From Prasinococcaceae sp. CCMP 1430 (lineage: Eukaryota > Plantae > Prasinodermophyta), in the NCBI GenBank assembly GCA_013416795.1, contig RQSC01000027.1, positions 248,001 to 312,000 of the forward strand: DNA of 64,000 bases. Direction: 5' to 3'. Positions 32,899 to 43,221 of this stretch are shown here, one piece after another (position 1 is the first letter of the stretch; each line of letters starts with the position of its first letter). Both the position numbers and the translations under genes were made by a program. A model generated the notes under the pieces. The model searched no databases, was not told where the DNA came from, and saw only the letters and a program-made list of their open reading frames with translations.

Positions 32899-35169
32899 TC
32901 AGACCCAACCGCGAGCTGCCGCCTGCTGGTTGCTGGGCGCGCGGCGGCCAGGGGGTCTTGGTTTTGGCGGTGGCCACGGCGCGAGTGGATCCATCTGTTC
33001 AGGAAGCATTGGTGGGGGAGGCTCCGCCGCGGGGTCCGAGGTTGGGCTCGGGCTCGGACTCAGACCGCGCTCGAGCAGCCACACTCGAGCGTTCAGGCTG
33101 CGGGCTTTGCTGCCTCCCTTGGCATCGCGAGGGGCTTCGTCGCTGGATACCATCAGGTTGGTCCTGTCCTCCAGCGCAGAGGTGGCTGCAATGCTGGGAT
33201 CAGTTTCGAAGCGTATGTTCCTGCGCGCGTCAGTTTGCTGTGGCTCTTCCGCACTGACCCACTCCCCGAAACTGGACGACACTGACGTTGCGCTCGCGTG
33301 TCCACTGCTGGCGGGACGCGGCGGCGATGCCATGGCCGGGGCGTCATCGCACTCCTGCGGCATCGGCAGCGCCTTTGGCGAATCGCAGGGCCCCGCCACC
33401 AGAGTGGGAAATTCGGGCTGGCCCTCGCTGTCCGGGACAACGGAGGTAGGGCTCGAGTTGGCCGCGGCGGAGAGAGCGACCGCCTCAACGTCGCCCACGG
33501 ACGCGGCGGGCGAGATCCGCGGCTCGTTGGGCGCGCCTTCCTCGTCGATGCGGCCCTTGCTGCTGCTAAACGGCGACGTGTCTGCTACCACTGCCTCCGC
33601 CGACCCAGCGCATTTGTTGGACGCATGTGCAGACTCGGCGACGTCGTTTTCCTCCGCCTCTGTAGCTTCGAGGTCTGCCTCCTCATGAATGGTGGGGGAG
33701 AGCGAGAAATGCGGCCTGCTTCCGACGCTGCCGCTGCTTGCCTGCGGCGGCGGCGACTGCTGTTGCCTCGCCTCCATGTGCTTTGGCTGCCCGGGCAATG
33801 GCGTTCCTCCCGGCGACCGCTTGAGGTTTGTCTTCCGTAGCGGATTGTTCCCTCGCTGGCGAAGCTCAGCCATGAGCGCGTCGCGAGGCGTCACCGGCGG
33901 CAGTGGTGCGCGCGCCACAGGAGGCGGCGGTGGCGGCTTCGGCGGTGGCGGACAGGCGGCCGTCGGCGCGCCGGGAGCAGCTCCGCCGAGTGCCGATGGG
34001 AGCGGGGCCGGCGGGGGAGGAGGGGCCGGCGGAGGAGGCGCTGTCGCCTGCACGTGCGCGGCCGCAACAGCGGCGGTGCTGGTAAACGGCGCCTGCTGCG
34101 GCATTGCCGGGACGGAAGCTGGCAACGGAGTTGCTGCGACCAGTGGAGCTGCTTGCACGCGCGTCGCCATCTGCGGGCTACGGTTCACAGAGCTCGTGCT
34201 CTCATCGTCAGAGCCTGCGACGCTTGGTATGTAGCATCCTACGAAGCAGCCACCCTTGCGGCCGAAGAGCCCGCCGCCGCTGCGCTTGCTTTTCTTCTTC
34301 TGCTTGTGCTTCGCCGTCGAGGCCTTGCCCGTCGCCTCCGCGCGCACCGCCGGTGGCTGCTGCTGCTCTGCCACGCGCGCGCTCATCTGCTCCATGCGCG
34401 ACCGCAGCTCCTTGATCTCCTCTTGCATCGCCGCGGACCTTGGGGACGGCCTCGACTCCTCGGCGGCGGCGGTGGGAATTGTCATTCCGGCCGCCGCGGA
34501 CAGCGCCCTCGGTGCGTCCCTCGCCGCCTTACGCAGCGCTTCCCGCTCCGCCTTCGCTTGCTCGGGCACCGCGGCCAGCGCCGACACCGCGCGGGTAGGC
34601 GCTCTCGTCTTGCCCGCAGCCAGGTCGCGTGACGCTGTGCCTGGGGTCAGGGGCTGCCTGCGCCGCGCAACCCAGGGCGTCGCCGGCTCGGCCTTCCTCG
34701 GCGGCGACAGCGGCGCGCGTGCGGAGCCCAGCGACGTCCTGCGGCGCGGCTGCCCGGCCAGCGGCGAACGGCTGCGTGGCCTCGAGCGGGCGCCCTTCGC
34801 GTCGCCCGCGCGCGGGGGCGCGTTTTCCTTCCACGCCGCTCCGTCGCAGAGGCCACCGGCGCCACCGGTCTGAGCCTCGCGGGCTTCCTTCGACTTCGGC
34901 TTCGAAAACAGCCCGACGCGGCGAGTGCGCCGAGGGCTGGCGCTTCGGTAGTTGTTCCACGACGAGGTTGCAGTGCGCATCTCCGCCGCCGCCGACGACG
35001 CGTGGCGCTGCTCCTCAACGACGCGCGCGCCTGCGCGGCCAGGCCTGACACCCACGCTCGCCTCGCGACCGCCTGTGGCTGTCACGCGCGCGACATCGGC
35101 GCCTGCGCCTCGGTCGATGACGACGCGCTGTGCCGCCGCGCGCTCGCGCCAGCGCTGCGACATCGACAT
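32899..35169 (-). CDS. Low-complexity protein with polyproline tract and WH2-like actin-binding motif
   Basis: PPPPAPPPPP...PPPPKPPPPPP followed by RDALMAELRQRGNNPLRKTNLKRSPGGTP. ATG at 35169 (MSMSQRW). Confidence 0.62.
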   Translation of the reverse strand: MSMSQRWRERAAAQRVVIDRGAGADVARVTATGGREASVGVRPGRAGARVVEEQRHASSAAAEMRTATSSWNNYRSASPRRTRRVGLFSKPKSKEAREAQTGGAGGLCDGAAWKENAPPRAGDAKGARSRPRSRSPLAGQPRRRTSLGSARAPLSPPRKAEPATPWVARRRQPLTPGTASRDLAAGKTRAPTRAVSALAAVPEQAKAEREALRKAARDAPRALSAAAGMTIPTAAAEESRPSPRSAAMQEEIKELRSRMEQMSARVAEQQQPPAVRAEATGKASTAKHKQKKKSKRSGGGLFGRKGGCFVGCYIPSVAGSDDESTSSVNRSPQMATRVQAAPLVAATPLPASVPAMPQQAPFTSTAAVAAAHVQATAPPPPAPPPPPAPLPSALGGAAPGAPTAACPPPPKPPPPPPVARAPLPPVTPRDALMAELRQRGNNPLRKTNLKRSPGGTPLPGQPKHMEARQQQSPPPQASSGSVGSRPHFSLSPTIHEEADLEATEAEENDVAESAHASNKCAGSAEAVVADTSPFSSSKGRIDEEGAPNEPRISPAASVGDVEAVALSAAANSSPTSVVPDSEGQPEFPTLVAGPCDSPKALPMPQECDDAPAMASPPRPASSGHASATSVSSSFGEWVSAEEPQQTDARRNIRFETDPSIAATSALEDRTNLMVSSDEAPRDAKGGSKARSLNARVWLLERGLSPSPSPTSDPAAEPPPPMLPEQMDPLAPWPPPKPRPPGRRAPSNQQAAARGWV

Positions 35170-35694
35170 CGCCCGGCCGGGAGCCTGCGAGTGCCGAGCG
35201 CGGGCCACGGAGTCGCCCGCAGGTCCTCCGTCCGCGCCGCCGTCGCCGCGACCGCGCCTGGAGGCGCCACGCAGCCGCCTGCCGGCGCCGCACCAAGGGC
35301 GGCGGGGCTGAAATTCAAACTCGTTTTCGCGTCGCGCGTCTGATCGCGCCCGACCTCGCCGGCCCGCGGCAGCCCTCCTCGGCGCCCCCCCCCCCCACGC
35401 GTCCCGCGGCACGCGCCGCGCGACAGGGGCGCCAACGGGGAGGGGGGAGGGGCCAACGCGGGGCCCTCGGAAACGCCCTGAGGCGGCTTGTCCCGCTGCC
35501 GCGCCGCGCGCGCGCTCTGTGGTGTTAGCGCCGTGCGCCGCGACGCCGTCCCCGGCGGGGCGGAAGCGAGCGCGCGCGGTGCGCCGAACAGCTCGTTTTC
35601 GCGTTCAGACGGCTGTTCGCGCTCGCGGGCGCCGTTTGTGTGTGTGTGCCGCCCTCGGACCGACAGCGCGCTCGGGACGAACACGAGCACACCA

Positions 35695-35730
35695 AACAAA
35701 CAAACAAACAAACCAACCAACAAACAAACA
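35695..35730. repeat. (CAAA/CCAA)n simple repeat in divergent intergenic region
   Basis: caaacaaacaaacaaaccaaccaacaaacaaaca read directly. Confidence 0.8.
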
Positions 35731-36403
35731 CCCCCTCTGCTGGGCGTCGGTCGTGCAACGGTACTGAGGAAATTGGAAGATGACGCGAGATCCATCATTT
35801 CCCCCGATCGACAGCGGGCCACCGTCCAGTTCCAACCAACCAAAAAACCGCCAACAGACAGTCATCAACCGACCGAAACCTCACCCCGACGTCACCCACG
35901 TGCCACGTGGGATTTATTTGTTGGGGTGAACCCGGGCTTGGATCCGTAACTGGCGCACCCGGCACGAATGGCACGCACGTGCGGCCGTTACAAAAGCCTG
36001 CAGAATTTATCCAAAATCGCTGCCGGCGCGCGCCGCTTGCGCGCGCGCACGCCGCGCGCGCGCGAACCGAACTGCGGGCCAAATTCGCGCTCCGCGCGTT
36101 CCGCGGTTCGATATCACCAAGCATTGGGATCCCGGCGCACGTCTGCGCGGTGTAATTCCGAACCCGCTTCGCCTCCGCACGGACGGCGAGCCGGATTTGG
36201 GGCGCTCGGTGCTGTTCATACGATGACCCTTCGGCGCTGGCAGAGGCTCGGCGCATGCTCTTTTGATGGGGGCCAGCCAGCGGGCGAGTCGGTTCGCAGC
36301 CGCGCCGCGCGGCGGCCGCCGCCGCGCACCCCACCCGGGTTGGGCAGCAGGTGGCTGCGCCGGCGATGGGCGCCGCCCCACCCCAAACACACCCCGTTCA
36401 GTC

Positions 36404-38975
36404 ATGCCTGGCGCACGCTATCTGGAGACCACGGCACTCGCCAGTCCGGGCTCGAGCAGTGACACTCAAGGCACGCTCTCACGCTCGCTCTCCATGACGT
36501 CCTTGTGTGATAGCGAGGCCTCTCCGCGCTCACTTCGGCGTGGCACCCTGTCCCCCCTGTCCCACGGGCCCATGGGTGGCGATGGCGGCAGCATGCGCCG
36601 TCGCTACAGCATGCGCATCAACAGCGTGCGCATGTCCGCGGCGGGGCGCACTCCGGTGGACCGCGTATTCACCGCCGACGCGATCATGAACCTGGTGCAC
36701 CTGATTCAGCGCGAGCGCGGAGTGACCTGCGCGCTGCTTGGCGGCTCTCGGGCCGAGTCGTTCGCGCCGGTCGTGCGGGCCGCGAGGCGGGACGTTGACA
36801 AGGTGATGGAAGAGCAGTGCTGGCCCGCCGCGCGGTGTGCGTGCCTGGCGAAAGCGCGTGCCTCTGCAGACCACCCGCTGGCGGACGCGCTGGCCGGGCG
36901 CAGAACCAGCAGGTCGGATGCGGCGCGGGTCGACGCGTTTTGCCGGGCGTTTGAGGATTACAACTCGTTGATGAGGCAGGAGATCGACCATGCGTTCGCC
37001 CAGGTCAAGGTGGACGGCTACGAGTGGGAGCTGGGCAAAATGTACGCGACGTACGAGGCCTTCGCGCGGCTCAAGGTGCGTGCCGCCGCGAGCAAACGCT
37101 CCGCCGAGCGCGTGCGCGCCAGGGCTTCTCCTGCTCTTCCGCGGCCTTCTCTCTGACGCGCGCACATCCTCCTGCCCGCGTGCTTGCCGGTCGCGCGTAC
37201 TCGCGTAGGAGGCAACGGGCAAGGAGCGCGCGTTCGTCTGCGGCATAACCTCTCTGCCCACCAAGAAGTCGGTTGAGCTCGTGTCGCAGCGCACCAGGGC
37301 CGACCTCATCGTGGCCCTCAACGAGCAGCAGCTGCACCGCACGTTCGTGAAGAAGCACGCGCCTCGCACGGTCATGCAGATCATCGAAACTGGGCTTACC
37401 TACGAAAGCACGGAGCTGCGCAACATCCACAGGACGCTCGAGGAGACGTTCGACTACATCTCGCTGTGGGGAGTGAACAGCTACTCGCTCTGGCTGAAGT
37501 ATAGCGTCCACATCGACCGCACGCGCCAGCTGCAGGTGCTCTTGGACCAGCTGATGCGCAACGCCATGACCAAGGAGGAGGAGGACGAGAACGTGAATGA
37601 GGATCTCATCGCTCGCACGATGGCGCTCGTGCACGCGCCACCGGCCGTCAAGCCCGGCGAGGCGTGGGAGGGGCAACGGGACGCCATCATGCGCGAGCTT
37701 GTCGATGCAGACGCGGATGCGCTCAAGCGCGCACTGCTGAGGGTGGTCGACCTCGCAGGCACAGAGGAGGACGCGTCCCTCCGCTCATTTGACTCACCCC
37801 GTTCGCCACGTGGGGTGGGACCGGAGCCGTTCCGAGCGGCGAGGCCGATGTGGCCGAACTGGCTGTCGTGCCTCTGCGGTGGGAATGGGGCCACCGCGCC
37901 GTCTTCGCGCCCGCGCGTGGTCCCGGGCCGTTTGCCGCCTCAGGCCGCGGGCAAGTTCGAGAACGCGTCTTTCGTGCAGAAGTTCGGCATTGGCCTCTAC
38001 GAACTTCAGTTCCAGCACAAGATTGGCTCCGGGGCAGCGGGCACCACCTACGCCGCGGACTTTAAAGGCAAGCGGGTCGCCGTCAAGGTCGCCGGGAGCA
38101 GTGAGGTCAGCCTGGATGGATGGGAGGCTGAGGTGGTCGTGCTGGGCTATCTGAATCACGTCAACGTCGTGAGCTTCCTGGGGGCGGTGATGGAACCTCC
38201 CACCCACTGCCTGGTCATGGAGTTCTGCGAGGGAGGGGACTTGAGCGCGGCGCTCACGCGCAGCACGCCCAAGGGCTTCTTCATGCGCATGGCACGAGGA
38301 ATCGCCAGCGGCATGGAATACCTGCACTCGAAGAGCATCCTGCACAGAGACCTCAAGTCCTCCAACGTGCTGCTGTCTGCAGACCTGGAAGCCAAGGTCA
38401 CCGACCTCGGGCTCTCCGTGGCGCTCCGCACCGAGGACGACGAGACCATCGCGCGCGCCCACGTGCTCACTTCGGAGATCGGCACGTACCGGTGGATGGC
38501 GCCCGAGGTTTTGCGGCACGAGTGGTACGTCACGTCGGCGGACGTGTTCTCCTACTCGATGGTGCTCTTTGAGATCCTCACACATCAGCTTCCGCACGCG
38601 GATCGGACGCCGCTCAAGGCTGCTCTGTCCAACGCCACCGGCGACGGCGAGCGGCCGCGGCTGCCGGAAGGCGTGCCGCCGGCGGTGCGAGCGCTCGTTG
38701 AGGCATGCTGGGACAGCATGCCGCACCGTCGCCCGGCGTTCGCCGACATAGTCCGGCGGTTGGACGCAATCGAGGCCGAACTGACTCCCGAGGAGCGCGC
38801 ATGGCTCGACGCGCCTGAGGGCCATCCTGTGTACACCAAGGCGGAGATCGAGGCGGCCAGCACCAAGAAGAACTCCAGGACGGCGGAGCTCGAGACCGCC
38901 GACAGCAAGAGGTCGTCGAAGAAGTCGTCCGCAAGGTCGTCCGATCACGGGACGCGCTCGACGACGCCCAGATGA
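36404..38975 (+). CDS. NIT-domain TKL (Raf-like) protein kinase. Exons 36404-37075, 37209-38975
   Basis: NIT hallmarks LVHLIQRERGVT and, across the phase-0 intron, YEAFARLK/EATGKERAFVCG. Kinase motifs IGSGAAG, VAVK, HRDLKSSNVLL, DLG, GTYRWMAPE and DVFSYSMVLFE. Confidence 0.88.
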
Positions 38976-39374
38976 ATTGAAGGTGCCAGCGAATGCACAG
39001 TCCACCGCATTGCGATTTATTTTGCTGCATAATTTTGGAAAGGAAAAAACTTGAAAAGAAATGCAATTTGATGTACATGTACAGTATGTAGTATGTTCCC
39101 ACACGAGGGTACACAAAAATTCAAACAGGCGCCATTCTTGCGCGAAGGCGCGCGGGCGGGCGCGCACGTGCCACATCGCGCGTGTGTCACACCGTGGAGG
39201 CGCCGGCCCGGCGCACGCGGGCTTTCGCCCCGCCGGCGTGTCCATCGTGCGCGCATCGTCCACACTCTACGCACACATCCCGCCTGGCACCCTGTCTGGC
39301 ACCTGTATCCTGGCCTGCGCCTGCTTCAATCTGCAGGGCTGTTGGCGTGCTGCATCCGTCTTGCGCACGGCACT

Positions 39375-42300
39375 ATGGCAGCCGACGCAGGCGGCAGCAA
39401 CGCGGGCGCTGGTGGAGGTGCGCCCATGGGACCGACTGGTGTCTCCGTGACGCTGTACGCCCGCCGTGCATTGATGATGGGTGGAATGTCAGACAACGAG
39501 CAGGCACAGCCTTGGCGGCACGCGCGCGCATCTGGCGCAGCCCTCAACGAGGACGTAGTAGACATTGCAGGTTCCGAGGCGAGGCCGATGGCAACACGCG
39601 TGGCTGCCCCGCTGGGGCGTCACGCGGCTCGGCTCCAGCAGCTGCGGCTGCGCTCGGCATCTGGCCGCGGGGCGGCGAAGACCTTTGCGTCGTCTGAAGT
39701 CATCGGCTGCTCTCCTGTCGTGGCTGGACCGCACGGAGCGGGCATCGCCGGGGCCGTCGCAGCGCAACAGAGCCTCGCGGCGATGTCGCGCTTCAAGCAT
39801 CACCCATCGGCAGTCGCAGGGCCTTTACTGACCACCTTAACTGCGGTGGCTGCGGCTGATGAATTTGACCCCTCTCCTACCAAGGGCGATCGAAGCGCGC
39901 CAGGCGCAACATCGACCTCCGATGATGAGTGCACAGGGTGCGAGGGGCTTGCAGACGACGAGTGCTACGTCACTCTCAAGGACAGGATTCGCGCCCTGCT
40001 TCCCTGTGCAGACCTGGTAGTTGCGCAGCAAGCCTCGCTGATGAGGATGGGGGAGTCGATCGTACAGAAAGACCAGCAGGCCAAGCGAGACGGGCAGGCA
40101 CTGGCGTCGACCATCATGAATATGGCGCGGGAGCTCCGCGACACCCAGGCGGAGCTCGCTGACAAGGAGCGGAATCTCACGGAGGCGATGAAGGTATCGC
40201 TCGAGAGAGAGGAGCGATTGGATGAAGCAGAGGCGGAGCTTGAGAACCTGACCGCCACGTGGGAAGAGGCCGCGATCGAGGCTGAGGCTGCCAACGACGA
40301 CCTCAAAAGCACCGTCGATAGACTAAGATCGGAGGCGGCGGCGCGAGCCGAGGCGCAGCGACGCTCTGCACAGGCTCTGGTGGCCGAGACCGGTCGTGCA
40401 GAGAAGGCAGAGGCTGACGCTGCCGGGCTAGAGGCACGTCTCAGCAGTGCGCTCCGCGAAATCGACGAGCTCGAGCGTGACGTGGACACCCTGAAGCACG
40501 CGTCGAGTCAAGTCAAAGAGATGCTCGACGCAGACGAAGGCGGGGCGCGAACGGCCATCCTCGGTGGCGCGTCGGAGTGCGCCTCACCAGACGGCCACGG
40601 AGGTCCCCACGAGACGCTCGCATCTCCGTTGCGTCTGGCAGAAGCTGCGATGATAGGTAGCAGGTTGCATGCCGAGGAGGTCGATTCCACGACGGACGAA
40701 GATAGCGCGAGCGCCAAGGCGGCGCGCTGCCGCGATGCCTTCATGGACTGTGTGGACCACTGGGGTACCGTCGTGTTTGAGCTCGAGCAGGCTGCACGTG
40801 GAATCGCTAGAGAGCTCACAGCGATGACAGGAGAGCGCGACGGCGCGTGCGACACGATACGCGTACTCGAATCACGTGTGCGCCGACTCGAGCGAGACGT
40901 GGAGGCAGGCGCTGGTGAGCTCGCCGCATCTGCAAGGCTTTGCGACGCGGCGAATCAACGCGCGGCGGAGGCAGAGGCTCGCGCGACGACGCTCGAAGCG
41001 GAGTCGAGCAGGGCAGTGGCGTTTGCCCAGGCACAGGCCGAGGCATTTCGTGAGCGGTGCGAGCGTGCCGAGGGTGTCAGTGCCAAGGCATCAGAGCGCG
41101 TTGAGGCCACCGGTCAGGCCCTGGCGCTGCTGATTGACTGTGTCCGCGAGCTCCCGGCCGCGGGGCGGAGCGCGGAGATAGAGGAGGCACTTGCGCGCGC
41201 GAGGGCCGACGCAGACCATGCAGATGACGTGCTGGCTGATCTGTGCACTTCCGCCCGCGGCGAGGTCATGCGCGTCGCTGCAGAGCTCGCCGAATCGCGC
41301 CAGCTGAGCAGGGAGGCAGACGAGTCCTGGCGCCAGGTGGTCGGCGCCCTCGAGAGGCGAATTGACGAGCTCAGCAAGGAGCTTCGCGAGGCACTCACTC
41401 GGAACGCAGCGGCCGCGGCCGAGTGCGACGCTGCCACCAAGGACGTCGAGCGAGCGTGCACATCGATGGAAGCCATCGAAACCAAAAACGCGAACATCAT
41501 CACAGCCTACGCTGAGGCTGAGGCGGACGCTCGGACGCGCGAGAGCGAACAGGTCTCTGCCCTCGAGGCACGCGTGCGTGTACTGCAAGACCAGGCCGAC
41601 GTCCAGATCGAGGAGCTTGCCACCGCCCACGAGGCCACCGCCAAGGCAGCGCACGAGGCGACACAGACTGTCGACAGGGCCCTGTCCGAGGCACGTGCGG
41701 TTGCCGAGGCAGCAGCTGCCAAGATCACAAAACTGCGCAAGAAGCGCGACGACGCCGTTGGGCGCGCCAACCAGGCCACCGAGCGAGGGGTCGAGCTGCA
41801 GCGGCAGGTGAAGGCACTCGAGGACGCAGTCGCGAGCGCTGTGCGCGACAGGGACGTGGCGACGACGCAGTGTGCCGCGGCTGAGGCACGTGCAGAGCAG
41901 GCTCGCACTGAACTTAGGGACGAACACGACGAGGTGCGCGAGGCGCTGGCGGCGGCTGTTGAGACGGTGGCAGCAACCGAGCAGCACAACGAACGCCTTA
42001 GCGAGCGACTTGAGGCGATCCACGCGGAACGAGATCGTGCTTTGAGTGACCTCAGAGAGGCTAGGACAGAGGTGCGCGAGACGAAGGAGGCATTGGCCCT
42101 CGCTGAGAGCGGGAGACTCGCTGCCGACAGCGAGCCTGGTGCAGAATCGCTCGGGGCGCTCATGGAGGCGGAGATGCGCGTGCGTGTCGAGATGGAGCAA
42201 GAGAGCGCCGAGGCGGAAGCAAAGCTCAGACACGACTTTGAGAACACTCTCGCCAAGCGCGCCAAGGCCAACGAGGACCTGCAAGCCGCGCTGTCTGCGC

Positions 42301-43121
42301 TCGCGCTAGAGATGAAAGAGGCCCAGGACAAGGCGCACGCCTGCTGCGCCGATGCAAACGCCAAAGCGGCCTCGCTGCAGACACTGCAAGCGGCTGCGCG
42401 CCACGCCGTGTCAATGGCGCGCTCCGTCACGCCCGAAGCCGGCCGTCTGGATGATACCGCCCGCGAGGACGAGCAGCTCGAGGTCGCCCTCGTCGATACG
42501 GTGGAAGAGGCCGTGCAGATGCTTCGCACGTGGCAAGGTGCGCTCGACGGAGACCTGAGTCTTCAGGGTCTGGGTCTCAAGCCACATCTTAGGACAGCCA
42601 ACCCAAATGATCGCAATGAGGGCTCCGCGCTCTCGCTCGCTCGTGTCGCTGAGCCCGAGAGACATAGCATGCCCCTCGAGACCGTGGGCGGTCAGTCGCT
42701 GCCCGAGCTCTTCAACTCCGTCGATGGATCTACGTCTGCGAGCCCGCCCTCGTCCTCCAGTCCGGCAGACGCGTCGTTGTCGTCAGATGCTGCAGCCCCG
42801 CATTCTGGCAGCTCACCCGGCGGGGACTCCATCGACGCGCACCTGGCTAGGCTGCGTGCCTCGTACGCGTCCTCGGAGGGCAAAGGTGCCGACGATATCG
42901 TGCGCGTCCTCGCCTCTATCACCAAGGTCAGCGGCGACTATCTGTTTTCAATCGGCTCCAAAAGGTGCACACTCGCGGTCATCGACGGCCACCTGAGCAT
43001 CCGAGAGGGCGGATCAGGCGTAGGCTATCTGAATTTTGAGTCATGGCTGCGCAGCCAGGCGCCAAATGAGGCAGCAAAGCTCGACCCCCTGCGTGAGCTC
43101 AACGATGCGCGCCGGGTGTGA
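39375..43121 (+). CDS. Long coiled-coil protein with C-terminal GAS2/GAR-like domain
   Basis: About 1250-aa open frame dominated by heptad-like E/A/R sequence. The C-terminus reads YLFSIGSKRCTLAVIDGHLSIREGG..GYLNFESWL. Confidence 0.65.
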   Translation: MAADAGGSNAGAGGGAPMGPTGVSVTLYARRALMMGGMSDNEQAQPWRHARASGAALNEDVVDIAGSEARPMATRVAAPLGRHAARLQQLRLRSASGRGAAKTFASSEVIGCSPVVAGPHGAGIAGAVAAQQSLAAMSRFKHHPSAVAGPLLTTLTAVAAADEFDPSPTKGDRSAPGATSTSDDECTGCEGLADDECYVTLKDRIRALLPCADLVVAQQASLMRMGESIVQKDQQAKRDGQALASTIMNMARELRDTQAELADKERNLTEAMKVSLEREERLDEAEAELENLTATWEEAAIEAEAANDDLKSTVDRLRSEAAARAEAQRRSAQALVAETGRAEKAEADAAGLEARLSSALREIDELERDVDTLKHASSQVKEMLDADEGGARTAILGGASECASPDGHGGPHETLASPLRLAEAAMIGSRLHAEEVDSTTDEDSASAKAARCRDAFMDCVDHWGTVVFELEQAARGIARELTAMTGERDGACDTIRVLESRVRRLERDVEAGAGELAASARLCDAANQRAAEAEARATTLEAESSRAVAFAQAQAEAFRERCERAEGVSAKASERVEATGQALALLIDCVRELPAAGRSAEIEEALARARADADHADDVLADLCTSARGEVMRVAAELAESRQLSREADESWRQVVGALERRIDELSKELREALTRNAAAAAECDAATKDVERACTSMEAIETKNANIITAYAEAEADARTRESEQVSALEARVRVLQDQADVQIEELATAHEATAKAAHEATQTVDRALSEARAVAEAAAAKITKLRKKRDDAVGRANQATERGVELQRQVKALEDAVASAVRDRDVATTQCAAAEARAEQARTELRDEHDEVREALAAAVETVAATEQHNERLSERLEAIHAERDRALSDLREARTEVRETKEALALAESGRLAADSEPGAESLGALMEAEMRVRVEMEQESAEAEAKLRHDFENTLAKRAKANEDLQAALSALALEMKEAQDKAHACCADANAKAASLQTLQAAARHAVSMARSVTPEAGRLDDTAREDEQLEVALVDTVEEAVQMLRTWQGALDGDLSLQGLGLKPHLRTANPNDRNEGSALSLARVAEPERHSMPLETVGGQSLPELFNSVDGSTSASPPSSSSPADASLSSDAAAPHSGSSPGGDSIDAHLARLRASYASSEGKGADDIVRVLASITKVSGDYLFSIGSKRCTLAVIDGHLSIREGGSGVGYLNFESWLRSQAPNEAAKLDPLRELNDARRV

Positions 43122-43221
43122 ATGCACGCCACCCCACCACCAACGTTCATGGCATTGACATGGGCTGTCGGGAATGCCGACGCGTGCTTTGCGATTACAG
43201 AAAGTAAGAGAGTACTGTCAG

